This document shows positions 17,987-27,178 of a stretch of DNA of 32,000 nt, piece after piece. The first letter of the stretch is position 1. Each line of letters opens with the position of its first letter. The translations under genes and the position numbers were made by a program. The notes under the pieces are model-generated. The model saw nothing but the letters and a program-made list of their open reading frames with translations, was not told where the DNA came from and did no database searches. Source of the stretch: Propionibacterium ruminifibrarum. GTDB taxonomy: Bacteria; Actinomycetota; Actinomycetes; Propionibacteriales; Propionibacteriaceae. Location: NCBI RefSeq assembly GCF_900289195.1, contig NZ_OMOH01000004.1, forward strand, positions 90,001-122,000, read 5' to 3'.

Positions 17987-18721
17987 TCAGCCGGTTTCGC
18001 CGCTTCTCAGCCTGAGTTCGAGACCATCCATGAGTCGTTCGAGGACGAAACGGTAGTAGTGGTCCTGGGCGGCGGCGATCTCCTCGGGGGTGCCGGTGAA
18101 CTGGACCAGCAGGTCGCGCGTCACCTGTGAGATGCCCTCGCTGTGCGCCGAGACGCCCTCGATGCCGCGGATGAGGCTCGCCTGATCGCGGGGAGCGTCC
18201 CCCTCGTACAGGATGCGGTCGTCGGCCCCGGCGATCATCATCATCGCCGTGTTGACCAGCGCGGCGTAGGCGATCGCAGCCTCCTGACCGAAACCGTCCC
18301 GCCGCAACGAGGCGATCCCCGAGTCGATGACCGGGGCGAGGTCGGCCAGGACCGGCCCGTGCAGCAGCACCCACCGGGCCGTTCCCGGGTAGGTCCTCAG
18401 GACGGGGCGGATCGGGAAGAGCGCCTCACGAAACCACTGCCTCCAGGGCATGACCTGCGTCGGCAGCCCCACCAGGGCCATGACCCGCCCTGCGACAAGG
18501 TGGTTGAGCGCCTCGCGGCCGCCAACGTGGTGGTAGATGACCGACGGGGCGACCCCCAGCTTCTGAGCGAGATCGCGCAACGACCAGACCGTCAGCCCCG
18601 TCTCCCGTGAGAGCTCGACGGCGGCGTCGACCACCGCTTCCGTGGTGAGCCCGGCGTGGTAGGTGTCCCGCCCGCCGCGCGCTCCGCCGGCACGTGCCCT
18701 GCCACCCGACATCTGCATCAC
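17987..18721 (-). CDS. TetR-family transcriptional regulator
   Basis: 244 aa. HTH region WSLRDLAQKLGVAPSVIYHHVGGREAL. Same strand as and upstream of the MFS gene. Start codon uncertain (MMQM...). Confidence 0.75.
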   Translation of the reverse strand: MMQMSGGRARAGGARGGRDTYHAGLTTEAVVDAAVELSRETGLTVWSLRDLAQKLGVAPSVIYHHVGGREALNHLVAGRVMALVGLPTQVMPWRQWFREALFPIRPVLRTYPGTARWVLLHGPVLADLAPVIDSGIASLRRDGFGQEAAIAYAALVNTAMMMIAGADDRILYEGDAPRDQASLIRGIEGVSAHSEGISQVTRDLLVQFTGTPEEIAAAQDHYYRFVLERLMDGLELRLRSGETG

Positions 18722-19031
18722 CGCCAGTCATAGCCCCGTAGGGACAGGCTACTCGGCTCGACGCCGGGCCCTGCTCCACTCGGGGCCTTGCACGGGACGC
18801 GCAGCCACAACGGCCGCGGGGCGCATGCGATGGCGATCGCCCCAGAAGGACGGCGATTGCCGGCGTGCGGCGTCGTGGCCGCCCAGGAAACGAACGCCGA
18901 TCTGCGCGCAGCGCTCTCCCCCGCCGGACGGGCAGGCCCGAGCACGCTTCTGGCGGAACTCGACCTGTCAGGGCGATGACCGGAGCCGGCCGGCTGGTCC
19001 GGCCGAACGAACCGCGGGCACGACGAGGACC

Positions 19032-19064
19032 GGCCCGCGGCAGCACTCATGGCCGCCGCGGGCC
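19032..19064 (-). terminator. GC-rich hairpin downstream of ino1 (terminator candidate without U-tract)
   Basis: 10-bp stem GGCCCGCGGC/GCCGCGGGCC with a 13-nt loop, 33 nt after the ino1 stop. Confidence 0.35.
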
Positions 19065-19096
19065 GACCTGCATGTGTGGGCAGCGGGTCCGGCCGC

Positions 19097-20176
19097 TCAG
19101 CGCTCGACGCGGCCCGCGATGAAGTCCTCTGTGGAGTCCATCGCCTCCTCGTCGGGGCGCTGCTGCGGCGGGGACTTCATGAAGAAGGACGACGGGGACA
19201 GCAGCGGGCCGCCGATGCCGCGGTCCAGGCCGATCTTCGCGGCGCGGACGGCGTCGATGACGACGCCCGCCGAGTTCGGGGAGTCCCAGACCTCCAGCTT
19301 GTACTCCAGGCTGACCGGGGCGCCGCCGAAGTTGCGTCCCTCCAGGCGGACGAAGGCGAACTTGCGGTCGTCGAGCCAGCCGACGTAGTCGGAGGGGCCG
19401 ATGTGGATGTCCTTCTCGTCGAACGTCGTGGCGACGTTCGAGGTGACGGCCTGCGTCTTGGAGATCTTCTTCGACACCAGCCGCTCGCGCTCCAGCATGT
19501 TCTTGAAGTCCATGTTGCCGCCGACGTTCAGCTGGTAGGTGCGGTCGAGCGTGATGCCGCGCTCCTCGAACAGCCTTGCCAGCACCCGGTGGGTGATGGT
19601 GGCGCCGATCTGCGACTTGATGTCGTCGCCGATGATGGGCAGCCCCGCGTCGGTGAACCTCTGCGCCCAGGCCGGGTCGGAGGCGATGAACACGGGCAGG
19701 CAGTTGACGAAGGCGCAGCCGGCGTCGATCGCGCACTGGGCGTAGAACTTGTCGGCCTCCTCCGAGCCCACCGGCAGGTACGAGACGACGACGTCCGCCC
19801 TGGCGTCCTTGAGCGCCTGGACCACGTCGACCGGCGGCTCGGCGGACTCGGTGACGGTCTCGCGGTAGTACTTCCCGAAGCCGTCCAGGGTGACGCCGCG
19901 CTGCACCGTGACGCCGGTCTGGGCGACGTCGGCGATCGTAATGGTGTTGTTCTCCGACGCGCCGATGGCGTCGGCCAGGTCGAGCCCCACCTTGGCGGCG
20001 TCGACGTCGAAGGCGGCCACGAACTCGATGTCCGAGACGTGGTAGTCGCCGAACTGGACGTGCATGAGCCCGCCCACGGTGTCGGTCGGTTCGGCGTCGG
20101 CGTAGTGGGTGACACCCTGCACCAGTGACGCCGCACAGTTGCCCACGCCAACGATGGCGACACGAACTCTGCTCAT
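19097..20176 (-). CDS. ino1: myo-inositol-1-phosphate synthase
   Basis: 359 aa. [18 protein letters not shown]...[10 protein letters not shown]...[10 protein letters not shown]...[16 protein letters not shown], full-length actinobacterial Ino1 pattern. Confidence 0.95.
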   Translation of the reverse strand: MSRVRVAIVGVGNCAASLVQGVTHYADAEPTDTVGGLMHVQFGDYHVSDIEFVAAFDVDAAKVGLDLADAIGASENNTITIADVAQTGVTVQRGVTLDGFGKYYRETVTESAEPPVDVVQALKDARADVVVSYLPVGSEEADKFYAQCAIDAGCAFVNCLPVFIASDPAWAQRFTDAGLPIIGDDIKSQIGATITHRVLARLFEERGITLDRTYQLNVGGNMDFKNMLERERLVSKKISKTQAVTSNVATTFDEKDIHIGPSDYVGWLDDRKFAFVRLEGRNFGGAPVSLEYKLEVWDSPNSAGVVIDAVRAAKIGLDRGIGGPLLSPSSFFMKSPPQQRPDEEAMDSTEDFIAGRVER

Positions 20177-20512
20177 CTCTGTTTCCCCTCAATGGTCGGC
20201 AATGACTACTCGGGGGTGCCTCGCATGACTCTAGCCATCAGCCGGGAGCGAACACATCCCACCATGGTCTGAACGTGGGTCAGACCCGGCGACGAGCCGA
20301 TCGCGCGTGGCGGCGAGATGGGCGGTCTGCCCCGGCATCGCTCAGCTGAGCCGGGAGCACAGGCGTCCGCTCTCGGACCGGGCCGAACCGCCACGGCGGG
20401 CAGACGATCCATGAGTCCCAGCCGCGTGGTGGTCGCCCCGCGATTGGGGCGGCGCCCGGCCGGGCCGTACTCGTCACAGCTGCGGCGCCCTGCCGGGCGC
20501 CGCCGAGCCTCT

Positions 20513-20977
20513 TCACCCCCTGGACCACCTGCGGGGCAGCCCGGGAATGGGAATGAACCACAGCCGCAGGGACGAGGGGCCCAGCAGCGACAGGTCGGCG
20601 GGCGCGTCGGGGCTCAAGCGTCTGGGACGGTAGTAGCCCCGCGTCTCGCACTGGGCGCGCCGGGGATGGCTCGCCCACCACCAGTCCGGCACCGTTCCCG
20701 TCCTGACCCGTCGTGGGGCGGGCATGCCCCTGCGCGGGGAGTAGATCTGACGGGCGGCGGGCTCGTCGAGGCCGCGGGCCGCCGAACGGGCCACGCCCAG
20801 GCCCCATGCGTGGAGCCCGCGCTTCTCGGTCGCGGCGACCTCGCCGGTGCCGGACGCGGCGGCTCGGGCGGGCTGGGCTCTGGCCGCCCACGACTCGGGT
20901 TCCTCCGGCCCGCCCTCACCCGCGTGACCGGCCTCGTCCGGCGTCGGTTGCCTCCCACGGCCGCTCTCAGCACACAT
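20513..20977 (-). CDS. hypothetical protein (weakly supported ORF)
   Basis: 154 aa. ATG preceded by AGGAG with a 6-nt spacer. GC3 is high by eye (roughly 85%). The composition is R/G/A/P/W-rich and no motif was recognised. It overlaps two other minus-frame ORFs. Confidence 0.3.
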   Translation of the reverse strand: MCAESGRGRQPTPDEAGHAGEGGPEEPESWAARAQPARAAASGTGEVAATEKRGLHAWGLGVARSAARGLDEPAARQIYSPRRGMPAPRRVRTGTVPDWWWASHPRRAQCETRGYYRPRRLSPDAPADLSLLGPSSLRLWFIPIPGLPRRWSRG

Positions 20978-21094
20978 GCGCCACTCCTGTCCTGAACCCG
21001 CCGGACAAGACTACGACCATGGGCCCCTGTCCGGTGACGCGGCACGCGAGTCATTGCCCTCGCCGAGCGGGGGCGAGGGCCGAGCGTGAGCGGC

Positions 21095-22315
21095 TCACCG
21101 ACCGGACTCCTCGTCCGACCGCTGCTCGGCCCAGTGCCCCAGATCCGCACCCTCGATGGCTGCCGCGATGAGCTCGGGGAAGGCGTCGGGTGTGCAGCCG
21201 AAGGCGGGCACCCCGAGCGCCGCCAGTTCGGCGGCGGCCGACCTGTTGTATGAGGGGACGCCGTCGTCGCTCAGTGCCAGCAGCGCGATCATCGTGGCGC
21301 CGTCGGCCCGGATCTGCCGCGCCTGGTCGATCATGCGCTCGGGGCGGGCGTCGTACAGGTCGCTGATGAGGATGACGACGGCGTCGGAAGGCCTGGTGAT
21401 GGAGCGCCGGCAGTACTCGAGGGCCGGGGCGGTGTCGGTGCCGCCGCCGAGCTGGGCGCCGAAGATCACGTCGACGGGATCGCTGAGCATCGAGGTGAGG
21501 TCGGCGATGTCGGTGCTGTAGGCCACCAGGTGCGTGCGCAGCGCGCTGATCGAGGCCATGACGCCCGCCATGATCGAGGCGTAGACCACCGAGGAGGCCA
21601 TCGACCCGGACTGGTCGAGGCAGATGACGAACTCGCGTTGGACGCCGCGGTGCCTGCGCCCATAGCCGACGAGCCGTTCGGGCACGATGGTGCGCTGCTC
21701 GGGCAGGTAGTTCTTGAGGTTGGCGGCGATGGTACGGCCCCAGTCGATGTCGCTCGGGCGCGGCCGCGCGGTGCGGTTGGCCCGGTCGAGCGCGCCGTGC
21801 ACCGACTGGCGCATGCGGTTGGCGATGCGTTCGGCCACCTGCTCGGCCACCGTGTTCACCACCTGGCGGGCCGTCTGCTTCGACTCCTCGGGGATCACTG
21901 ACGACAACCGGGCGAGGGTGGCCACCAGGTGCACGTCGGGTTCGAGGGTTTCGAGGATCTCGGGCTGGGCCAGCATCGCCGCCAGACCGAATCGCTCGAT
22001 GGCGTCGTTCTGCATGACCTGCACCACCCGGTTGGGGAAGTAGCGCCGGATGTCACCCAGCCAGGCCGCCACGGACGGCATGGCGGACTCGAGCCCGCCG
22101 CGCCCGGCCCTTCTCCGGCCGGCCTGCCCATCCTCGTCACCGACGTCGTAGAGCCGTGCCAGCGCGCGGTCCATGGCGCGCTGTTCCACGGTCAGCACCT
22201 CGTTGCTCCTGGCCCCGCCGGTGCTGTCCGTGCCGAGCATGAGCCGCCAGCGCTGTTCGGCGCTGATCGGCCCGGAGCCGGTCTGCTGGTCTCCCGCCGC
22301 CGGTGCCGTGCTCAT
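21095..22315 (-). CDS. vWA domain protein, CoxE-like (cluster gene 5)
   Basis: 406 aa from the ATG at 22315 (ATGA overlap with the upstream gene). The C-terminal vWA domain has a complete MIDAS motif: VICLDQSGSM (DxSxS), GGGTD, LISD. Helical N-terminal region. Confidence 0.85.
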   Translation of the reverse strand: MSTAPAAGDQQTGSGPISAEQRWRLMLGTDSTGGARSNEVLTVEQRAMDRALARLYDVGDEDGQAGRRRAGRGGLESAMPSVAAWLGDIRRYFPNRVVQVMQNDAIERFGLAAMLAQPEILETLEPDVHLVATLARLSSVIPEESKQTARQVVNTVAEQVAERIANRMRQSVHGALDRANRTARPRPSDIDWGRTIAANLKNYLPEQRTIVPERLVGYGRRHRGVQREFVICLDQSGSMASSVVYASIMAGVMASISALRTHLVAYSTDIADLTSMLSDPVDVIFGAQLGGGTDTAPALEYCRRSITRPSDAVVILISDLYDARPERMIDQARQIRADGATMIALLALSDDGVPSYNRSAAAELAALGVPAFGCTPDAFPELIAAAIEGADLGHWAEQRSDEESGR

Positions 22316-24630
22316 CGTCCGCCTCCCAGGATCGCGCCGACCGTTTCCAGGACCGGGCCCGCGTGCAGCAGGTCCTCCGCCGCCTCGGCGGCGTGCGTCT
22401 GCGGATCGCCCAGGTGCGCCACCCGGCCGGCCAGCATCCGGCGTTCGGCGGTGGACCATGTGCCGAAGGCCCGCCGCAGCGCCGGCAGGACGCGGCGGAA
22501 GGCCTCATCGGGGATGTCGGTGGCCCATTCGTCGATGACGGTGAGGAGCTGGCGGTCCTCGAGCAGGAGCAGGGCGCTGCCGGCGAGGAAGCCCTCGATC
22601 CAGTGGGCCTGGCGCTCCGGTTCGGCACCGGGCGACAGTGCCCTGCCCAGGCGACGGGCCGCCTCGTCGGCGGTGAGACGGCCGGCGTCGAGCAGGAGAC
22701 GCACGATGCGCCCGGACAGCAGGCCGGGCAGGGTCCTCGAGGCGAGCAGGGAGCGCAGCGTGTCGTGCCACAGCCGGCCGGACCGCTCGTCGAGCAGGGC
22801 GACGACGCCCTGGACGTCGTCGATGGCCCGGCGCAGCGTCTCGGCGGCGTCCTCGCTCGTGCCGGAGGCCGCGGCCGGCAGGCCGGCGCAGGCGCGTGTC
22901 AGCACGGTCTGCGCCACGGCGCCCAGCGCCCGGGTGTCGGTGCCGCGCACGTCGCCGTAGCGCATGCTCCTGGCCAGGGCTGGGATCGACTGCAGCAGGT
23001 GCAGGACGTCCGGTTCTCCGGCGGCCCGCTCGTCGAGGGTGGCCAGCAGCTCGGGCAGCACCTCGCCGAGGTCGGCGAGCAGGGCCTGCTCGACGGCGGC
23101 GGTCACCTCGGGCAGCGTCGAGGTCCGGGTGAGCAGCGCGTTGCCCGCGGCCGATGCCACGGTGTTGCCGAAGGCCGCGGCCTCGATGACGGCCACGGAG
23201 AACTCGGGGTCCCACAGCAGCTCCCAGGCCTCCTTGAAGGTGCCGGTGCCGCGGGCGCTGCCCTGCTTGCCCCAGTCGATGCCGAGGATGGCGAGGCGGC
23301 GCAGCAGCCGGGACTTCGCCAGGTCGTTCGGCTTGCGCAGGTCGAGGGTGATGGTCCGCTTCGTGGCACTCATGGTCAGGCGCAGGCTGCGGGCGGTGGC
23401 CCGCAGGTCCGCGTCGAGGGGCACCATGGGCACGCCCGGCGGCACCTCGCCGAGCGCCTGGCCGACGACCACCTCGCGGGTCACCAGATCCGCCTGGACG
23501 CTGCTGCCCGCGCACAGCACCGACCAGGTGGCCTCACTCACCTCGGCGAGCCCCGGCTGGGGGCGCCCGCGCAGCGCGGCGAGGGCGTCGGCGAGGCGGG
23601 AGGCCTCGATGACGTGGGCGGAGGAGACGGGCAGGTCGTGTTCGCGCATCGACCTGGCCACGAGGGTGAACCACCGCGCGACGGGTTCGTCGGGCGCGGT
23701 GAACAGGTGGTGGTACCAGCCCGGGGAGTCGATGCCGGCCCCGTAGCCGCTGACGGTGGCGAGCCGGCCGTGGGTCCAGGGCACCCAGGTGAGGGCGGTC
23801 TTCACCTTGGGGAGGCCCTTGAGCAGGGCGTTGTCGGCCTTGAGCGTGGGCGCCGGGCCGGCCAGGGCCGGTGCGTGCCAGGCCCCGCAGACCACGGCGA
23901 CCCGTTCGTGGCCGCGCCGCCTGGCGGCCCTGAGCACCTTGCGCATGTGGGCCTCGCGGCGCAGGGTGCGCGGATCGGTCTCGGGCGTGGCCTCGCGCAG
24001 CAGACCGATGGCCTCGGTGAGGTCGTCGAAGGGATCCCCCGTGCTGCGCAGTTCCACCGCGTCCTCCCACCAGGCCTCCGGGTCGTCGTAGCCGGCGATC
24101 CGCGCCAGTTCCGCGATGGGGTCGGTGCGGTGGCCGGCCCGTGGGTCCTCCTCGGGCGCCTCCCCGGCCGGTCCTTCGGGGTCGTCGGTGAGCCGGTCGG
24201 CCCCGGCCTCGGGAAGCTCCCCGTCGGCCGGTACCTGGCCCTGCGCGTCGTCCGGATCGGGTTCGTCCGGGTCCTGCCGGCCGGTGGCGGCGAGTGTCAT
24301 GGCGGCGGGCAGGTCCATGAAGTGGGTCTCGGCGCCGTTGCGGGTGGCCCAGCCCAACGCCTGCCACTCCGGCGAGAACACGGCCATCGGCCAGAACGCG
24401 GCGTTGGCGGGACGATCGGTCTGCCAGGCCAGCAGCGCCACGGGCGGCCTCATGACGGGGTCGGCGACCCACTCGATGAGCTTGTCAGCGTCGGCGGGCC
24501 CCTCGATGAGCACGCAGTCCGGGGCGTAGGCGTCGAGCGCGGCCGCGAGGGCGCGGGCGGACCCGGGGCCGTGGTGGCGCACCCCGAAGACCCGTACCGG
24601 CGGGGGCGCCGCGGCCTCGGCGCTGCTCAC
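22312..24630 (-). CDS. large uncharacterized protein, DUF5682-like (cluster gene 4)
   Basis: 772 aa with a GTG start at 24630 (GTGA overlap with the AAA gene stop). N-terminus VRVFGVRHHGPGSARALAAALDAYAPDCVLIEGPAD. High GC3 over the whole length. The DUF name comes from memory of annotations of similar actinobacterial clusters and is unverified. Confidence 0.75.
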   Translation of the reverse strand: MSSAEAAAPPPVRVFGVRHHGPGSARALAAALDAYAPDCVLIEGPADADKLIEWVADPVMRPPVALLAWQTDRPANAAFWPMAVFSPEWQALGWATRNGAETHFMDLPAAMTLAATGRQDPDEPDPDDAQGQVPADGELPEAGADRLTDDPEGPAGEAPEEDPRAGHRTDPIAELARIAGYDDPEAWWEDAVELRSTGDPFDDLTEAIGLLREATPETDPRTLRREAHMRKVLRAARRRGHERVAVVCGAWHAPALAGPAPTLKADNALLKGLPKVKTALTWVPWTHGRLATVSGYGAGIDSPGWYHHLFTAPDEPVARWFTLVARSMREHDLPVSSAHVIEASRLADALAALRGRPQPGLAEVSEATWSVLCAGSSVQADLVTREVVVGQALGEVPPGVPMVPLDADLRATARSLRLTMSATKRTITLDLRKPNDLAKSRLLRRLAILGIDWGKQGSARGTGTFKEAWELLWDPEFSVAVIEAAAFGNTVASAAGNALLTRTSTLPEVTAAVEQALLADLGEVLPELLATLDERAAGEPDVLHLLQSIPALARSMRYGDVRGTDTRALGAVAQTVLTRACAGLPAAASGTSEDAAETLRRAIDDVQGVVALLDERSGRLWHDTLRSLLASRTLPGLLSGRIVRLLLDAGRLTADEAARRLGRALSPGAEPERQAHWIEGFLAGSALLLLEDRQLLTVIDEWATDIPDEAFRRVLPALRRAFGTWSTAERRMLAGRVAHLGDPQTHAAEAAEDLLHAGPVLETVGAILGGGR

Positions 24631-25718
24631 TCGTCCACCTCGCGGCAGGCGCGGTAGAAGTCGGCCCAGTCGGGGCGCTCGCGCACCACGGTCTCGAGGT
24701 ACTCGGTCCAGACGGCCCGGTCCGACACCGGGTCGGAGACGACGGCGCCGAGGATGCCGGCGGCCACGTCCCTGGGGCGCAGCACGCCGTCGCCGAAGTG
24801 GGCGCTCATGGCCAGCCCGTTCGTCACCACCGAGATGGCCTCGGCGGTGGACAGCGTGCCCGAGGGGCTCTTGAGGCTCGTCGCCCCGTCCTCGGTGGCG
24901 CCCTGGCGCAGTTCGCGGAACACGGTGACGACGCGGCGGATCTCGTCGACCGCCTGGTCGGCGGGCGGCAGCTGGAGGGCCGAGCCGAGGTCCCGGACGC
25001 GGCGGGTGACGATCGTCACCTCCTCCTCGGCGGAGGCCGGCAGCGGGAGCACCACCGTGTTGAAGCGGCGGCGCAGGGCCGAGGACAGGTCGTTGACGCC
25101 CCGGTCGCGGTCGTTGGCTGTGGCGATGAGGTTGAAGCCGCCGCGGGCCTGCACCTCGCTGCCCAGCTCGGGCACGGGCAGGGTCTTCTCGCTGAGCACG
25201 GTGATGAGGGCGTCCTGGACGTCGGAGGGCATGCGGGTGAGTTCCTCGACGCGGGCGATGCGGCCCGAACCCATGGCCTCCATGACGGGCGAGGGCACGA
25301 GTGCGGCCTGCGAGGGGCCCTCGGCGATGAGCCGGGCGTAGTTCCAGCCGTAGCGGACGGCCTCCTCGGTAGTGCCAGCGGTGCCCTGGACGAGCAGCGT
25401 GGACGTGCCGCTGATGGCGGCGGCGAGGTGTTCACTCACCCACGACTTGGCGGTGCCGGGCACGCCGAGGAGCAGCAGGGCGCGGTCGGTGACCAGGGTG
25501 GCGACGGCGATCTCGGCGAGCCGCCGGTTGCCGACGTACTTGGGCGTGATGACGGTGCCGTCGCCCAGCGTGCCGCCCATGAGGTAGGTGACGACGGCCC
25601 AGGGCGAGAGCCGCCAGTTGGCGGGTCTCGGCCGGTCGTCCACGGCGGCCAGGGCGGCCAGCTCGCCGGCGTAGCGCTGCTCGGCGTGGGGGCGCAGGAG
25701 GGTGGTCTGGGTGTTCAT
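24627..25718 (-). CDS. AAA+ ATPase, MoxR/AAA_5 type (cluster gene 3)
   Basis: 363 aa from the ATG at 25718 (ATGA overlap). Walker A LLLLGVPGTAKS, Walker B-like RIARVEELTR, sensor-1 NLIATAN, SSALRRRF (Arg finger region). Confidence 0.85.
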   Translation of the reverse strand: MNTQTTLLRPHAEQRYAGELAALAAVDDRPRPANWRLSPWAVVTYLMGGTLGDGTVITPKYVGNRRLAEIAVATLVTDRALLLLGVPGTAKSWVSEHLAAAISGTSTLLVQGTAGTTEEAVRYGWNYARLIAEGPSQAALVPSPVMEAMGSGRIARVEELTRMPSDVQDALITVLSEKTLPVPELGSEVQARGGFNLIATANDRDRGVNDLSSALRRRFNTVVLPLPASAEEEVTIVTRRVRDLGSALQLPPADQAVDEIRRVVTVFRELRQGATEDGATSLKSPSGTLSTAEAISVVTNGLAMSAHFGDGVLRPRDVAAGILGAVVSDPVSDRAVWTEYLETVVRERPDWADFYRACREVDE

Positions 25719-27178
25719 GTGGTCTCCTCGTCGATGATCCGGGTGAGTTCCTGGCGTCCGCGCAGATGGCTCAGTGCCTGCTCGATGCCCCGAGTGTTCT
25801 GCTTGGGGGCGACCGGGACGGCCTCGAGCAGGGACAGCGCCTCGGGGATCAGCTCCGCCGGGGTGTCCTGCGCCATGACCCAGCACAGCTCGAACAGCTC
25901 GAGCCCCATCCGCTGAGTCGAGGACCAGGCGGTTGCCTCGGCGACCCGGTGCAGCATCGCCCGGGACAGTGGCCGTGGCCAGAAGCGCCCACGGAACCTG
26001 GCGAGGGTGGGCGTGTCGAACAGTTCCAGGATGAGCTGCTCACGCCGGCCCGCGCCGAGGACGTCGAGGAGCTCGCTGGGCTCGGGGCGGGCCCTGAGAA
26101 GGGCCTCTGCCAACTCCGCGTCATGGAACTTGTGGGCAGACCTCTTGAGCGCGTCCTGGAACGCCTCGCTGATGTCGGCACCCTCGAGGAGCACGTGGGC
26201 GGACGCGAGTTCGGTGGTGGACAGGCCGATGAGCCCCGCCAGGCGGCGGGACGGCACCCGACTCACCGCCAGCTGCAGCCGCGTGACCGGCATCGGCGTG
26301 CCGAAGCCGTGCTCCCAGTCGTAGCCGTCGCGGATGAGCTCGTCGGTCGGCTCGATCGGCGTGCCGTCGATCACGGGGGGATCGGGCGGGCCCGCGCTGA
26401 CTTCCAGGTGTGTTTTGAGCAGTTCCTCGGCCTGCCGGACAGTCCTCGAACCCTTGATCGAGCTCAAGAGCTCGGCTGCGACCCACCGGACGTGTGCGTC
26501 CTCGTCGTCGAGGAGGGCCTCGAGATGGGGTTCGTCGTCGGGACCGAGCCCGACCGACATCTTCTTCAGCATCAAACTGCGTATCTTCGACTCCTCGCCC
26601 AGCCAGGTGCCGTCGGCGAGCAGGGTCCAGGCTGCCGTGGGGTCATCGCGTCGCACCTGCCCGAGGTAGTCGACGCGTTGCCAGGGCGTGCCCTCGTCCC
26701 ACAGCGCACGACCGGACTTCGGGATGTCCAGGCCCGGTCTGTCGGTGTCGAACAGGGCGCGGGCCCTGTCGTCCATGATCACGTGGGCGCGGTCGGGCGT
26801 GGGAAGGGAGTTCAGCACGCGCAGCAGCAGGTCGGGCGGCAGGGTCCAGCCCTGGGCACCGACCATGCTCAGGGTCTCGTGAAACAGCTTGCGCCGCGCC
26901 TGGTCGCCGAACAGGCGGCGGACTCTCGTCTCCAGATGTGGCGGCAGCACCTCGCGGGTGGCCGGGGGGAGCCCGAGCGGACGGGCCCGCGGAGAGGAGC
27001 CGATCCGGGCGCGGTGCGCGACCGCGTAGGCCGCAGCGGCGTCGAGTGCCAGGTCTGTGGTCGTGGCCGAGTCCTCGGCCAGGGCCGACCGCACCTCTGG
27101 TTCGAGGCCGTCGGCGGTGAGGGGCCGGGTTCCCAGCCCCACCGTCGCGCACCGCACCAGCTCGTCGAAGCCGTTCAC
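25715..27178 (-). CDS. uncharacterized helical-repeat protein, DUF5691-like (cluster gene 2)
   Basis: 487 aa from the GTG at 27178 (GTGA overlap with the SWIM gene stop). The ORF-track N-terminal extension to 27655 overlaps the SWIM gene out of frame and is R/P-rich. Contains a HEAT-like segment LLDDEDAHVRWVAAELL. The DUF name is from memory and unverified. Confidence 0.7.
   Translation of the reverse strand: MNGFDELVRCATVGLGTRPLTADGLEPEVRSALAEDSATTTDLALDAAAAYAVAHRARIGSSPRARPLGLPPATREVLPPHLETRVRRLFGDQARRKLFHETLSMVGAQGWTLPPDLLLRVLNSLPTPDRAHVIMDDRARALFDTDRPGLDIPKSGRALWDEGTPWQRVDYLGQVRRDDPTAAWTLLADGTWLGEESKIRSLMLKKMSVGLGPDDEPHLEALLDDEDAHVRWVAAELLSSIKGSRTVRQAEELLKTHLEVSAGPPDPPVIDGTPIEPTDELIRDGYDWEHGFGTPMPVTRLQLAVSRVPSRRLAGLIGLSTTELASAHVLLEGADISEAFQDALKRSAHKFHDAELAEALLRARPEPSELLDVLGAGRREQLILELFDTPTLARFRGRFWPRPLSRAMLHRVAEATAWSSTQRMGLELFELCWVMAQDTPAELIPEALSLLEAVPVAPKQNTRGIEQALSHLRGRQELTRIIDEETT

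Noticed and set aside
18722-19096. ORFs in the tetR-ino1 intergenic region (18426-19046, 18663-19388, 18718-19050, 18788-18979, 18865-19122)
   Set aside because: They overlap one another in several frames, are R/P/A-rich, and have no RBS or motif. The region is treated as noncoding: the ino1 terminator region plus the promoter of the tetR-like gene.
19049-20128. 359-aa + strand ORF mirroring ino1, and the 381-aa and 211-aa minus-frame ORFs
   Set aside because: The ino1 frame (19097-20176) is unambiguous; the others are shadow frames.
22303-24657. 784-aa + strand ORF
   Set aside because: It is exactly antisense to the 772-aa minus-strand gene. Its composition is G/R/A/P-rich with no motifs. 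This is the typical shadow ORF of a high-GC gene, and the minus frame carries the coupling overlaps and coherent sequence.
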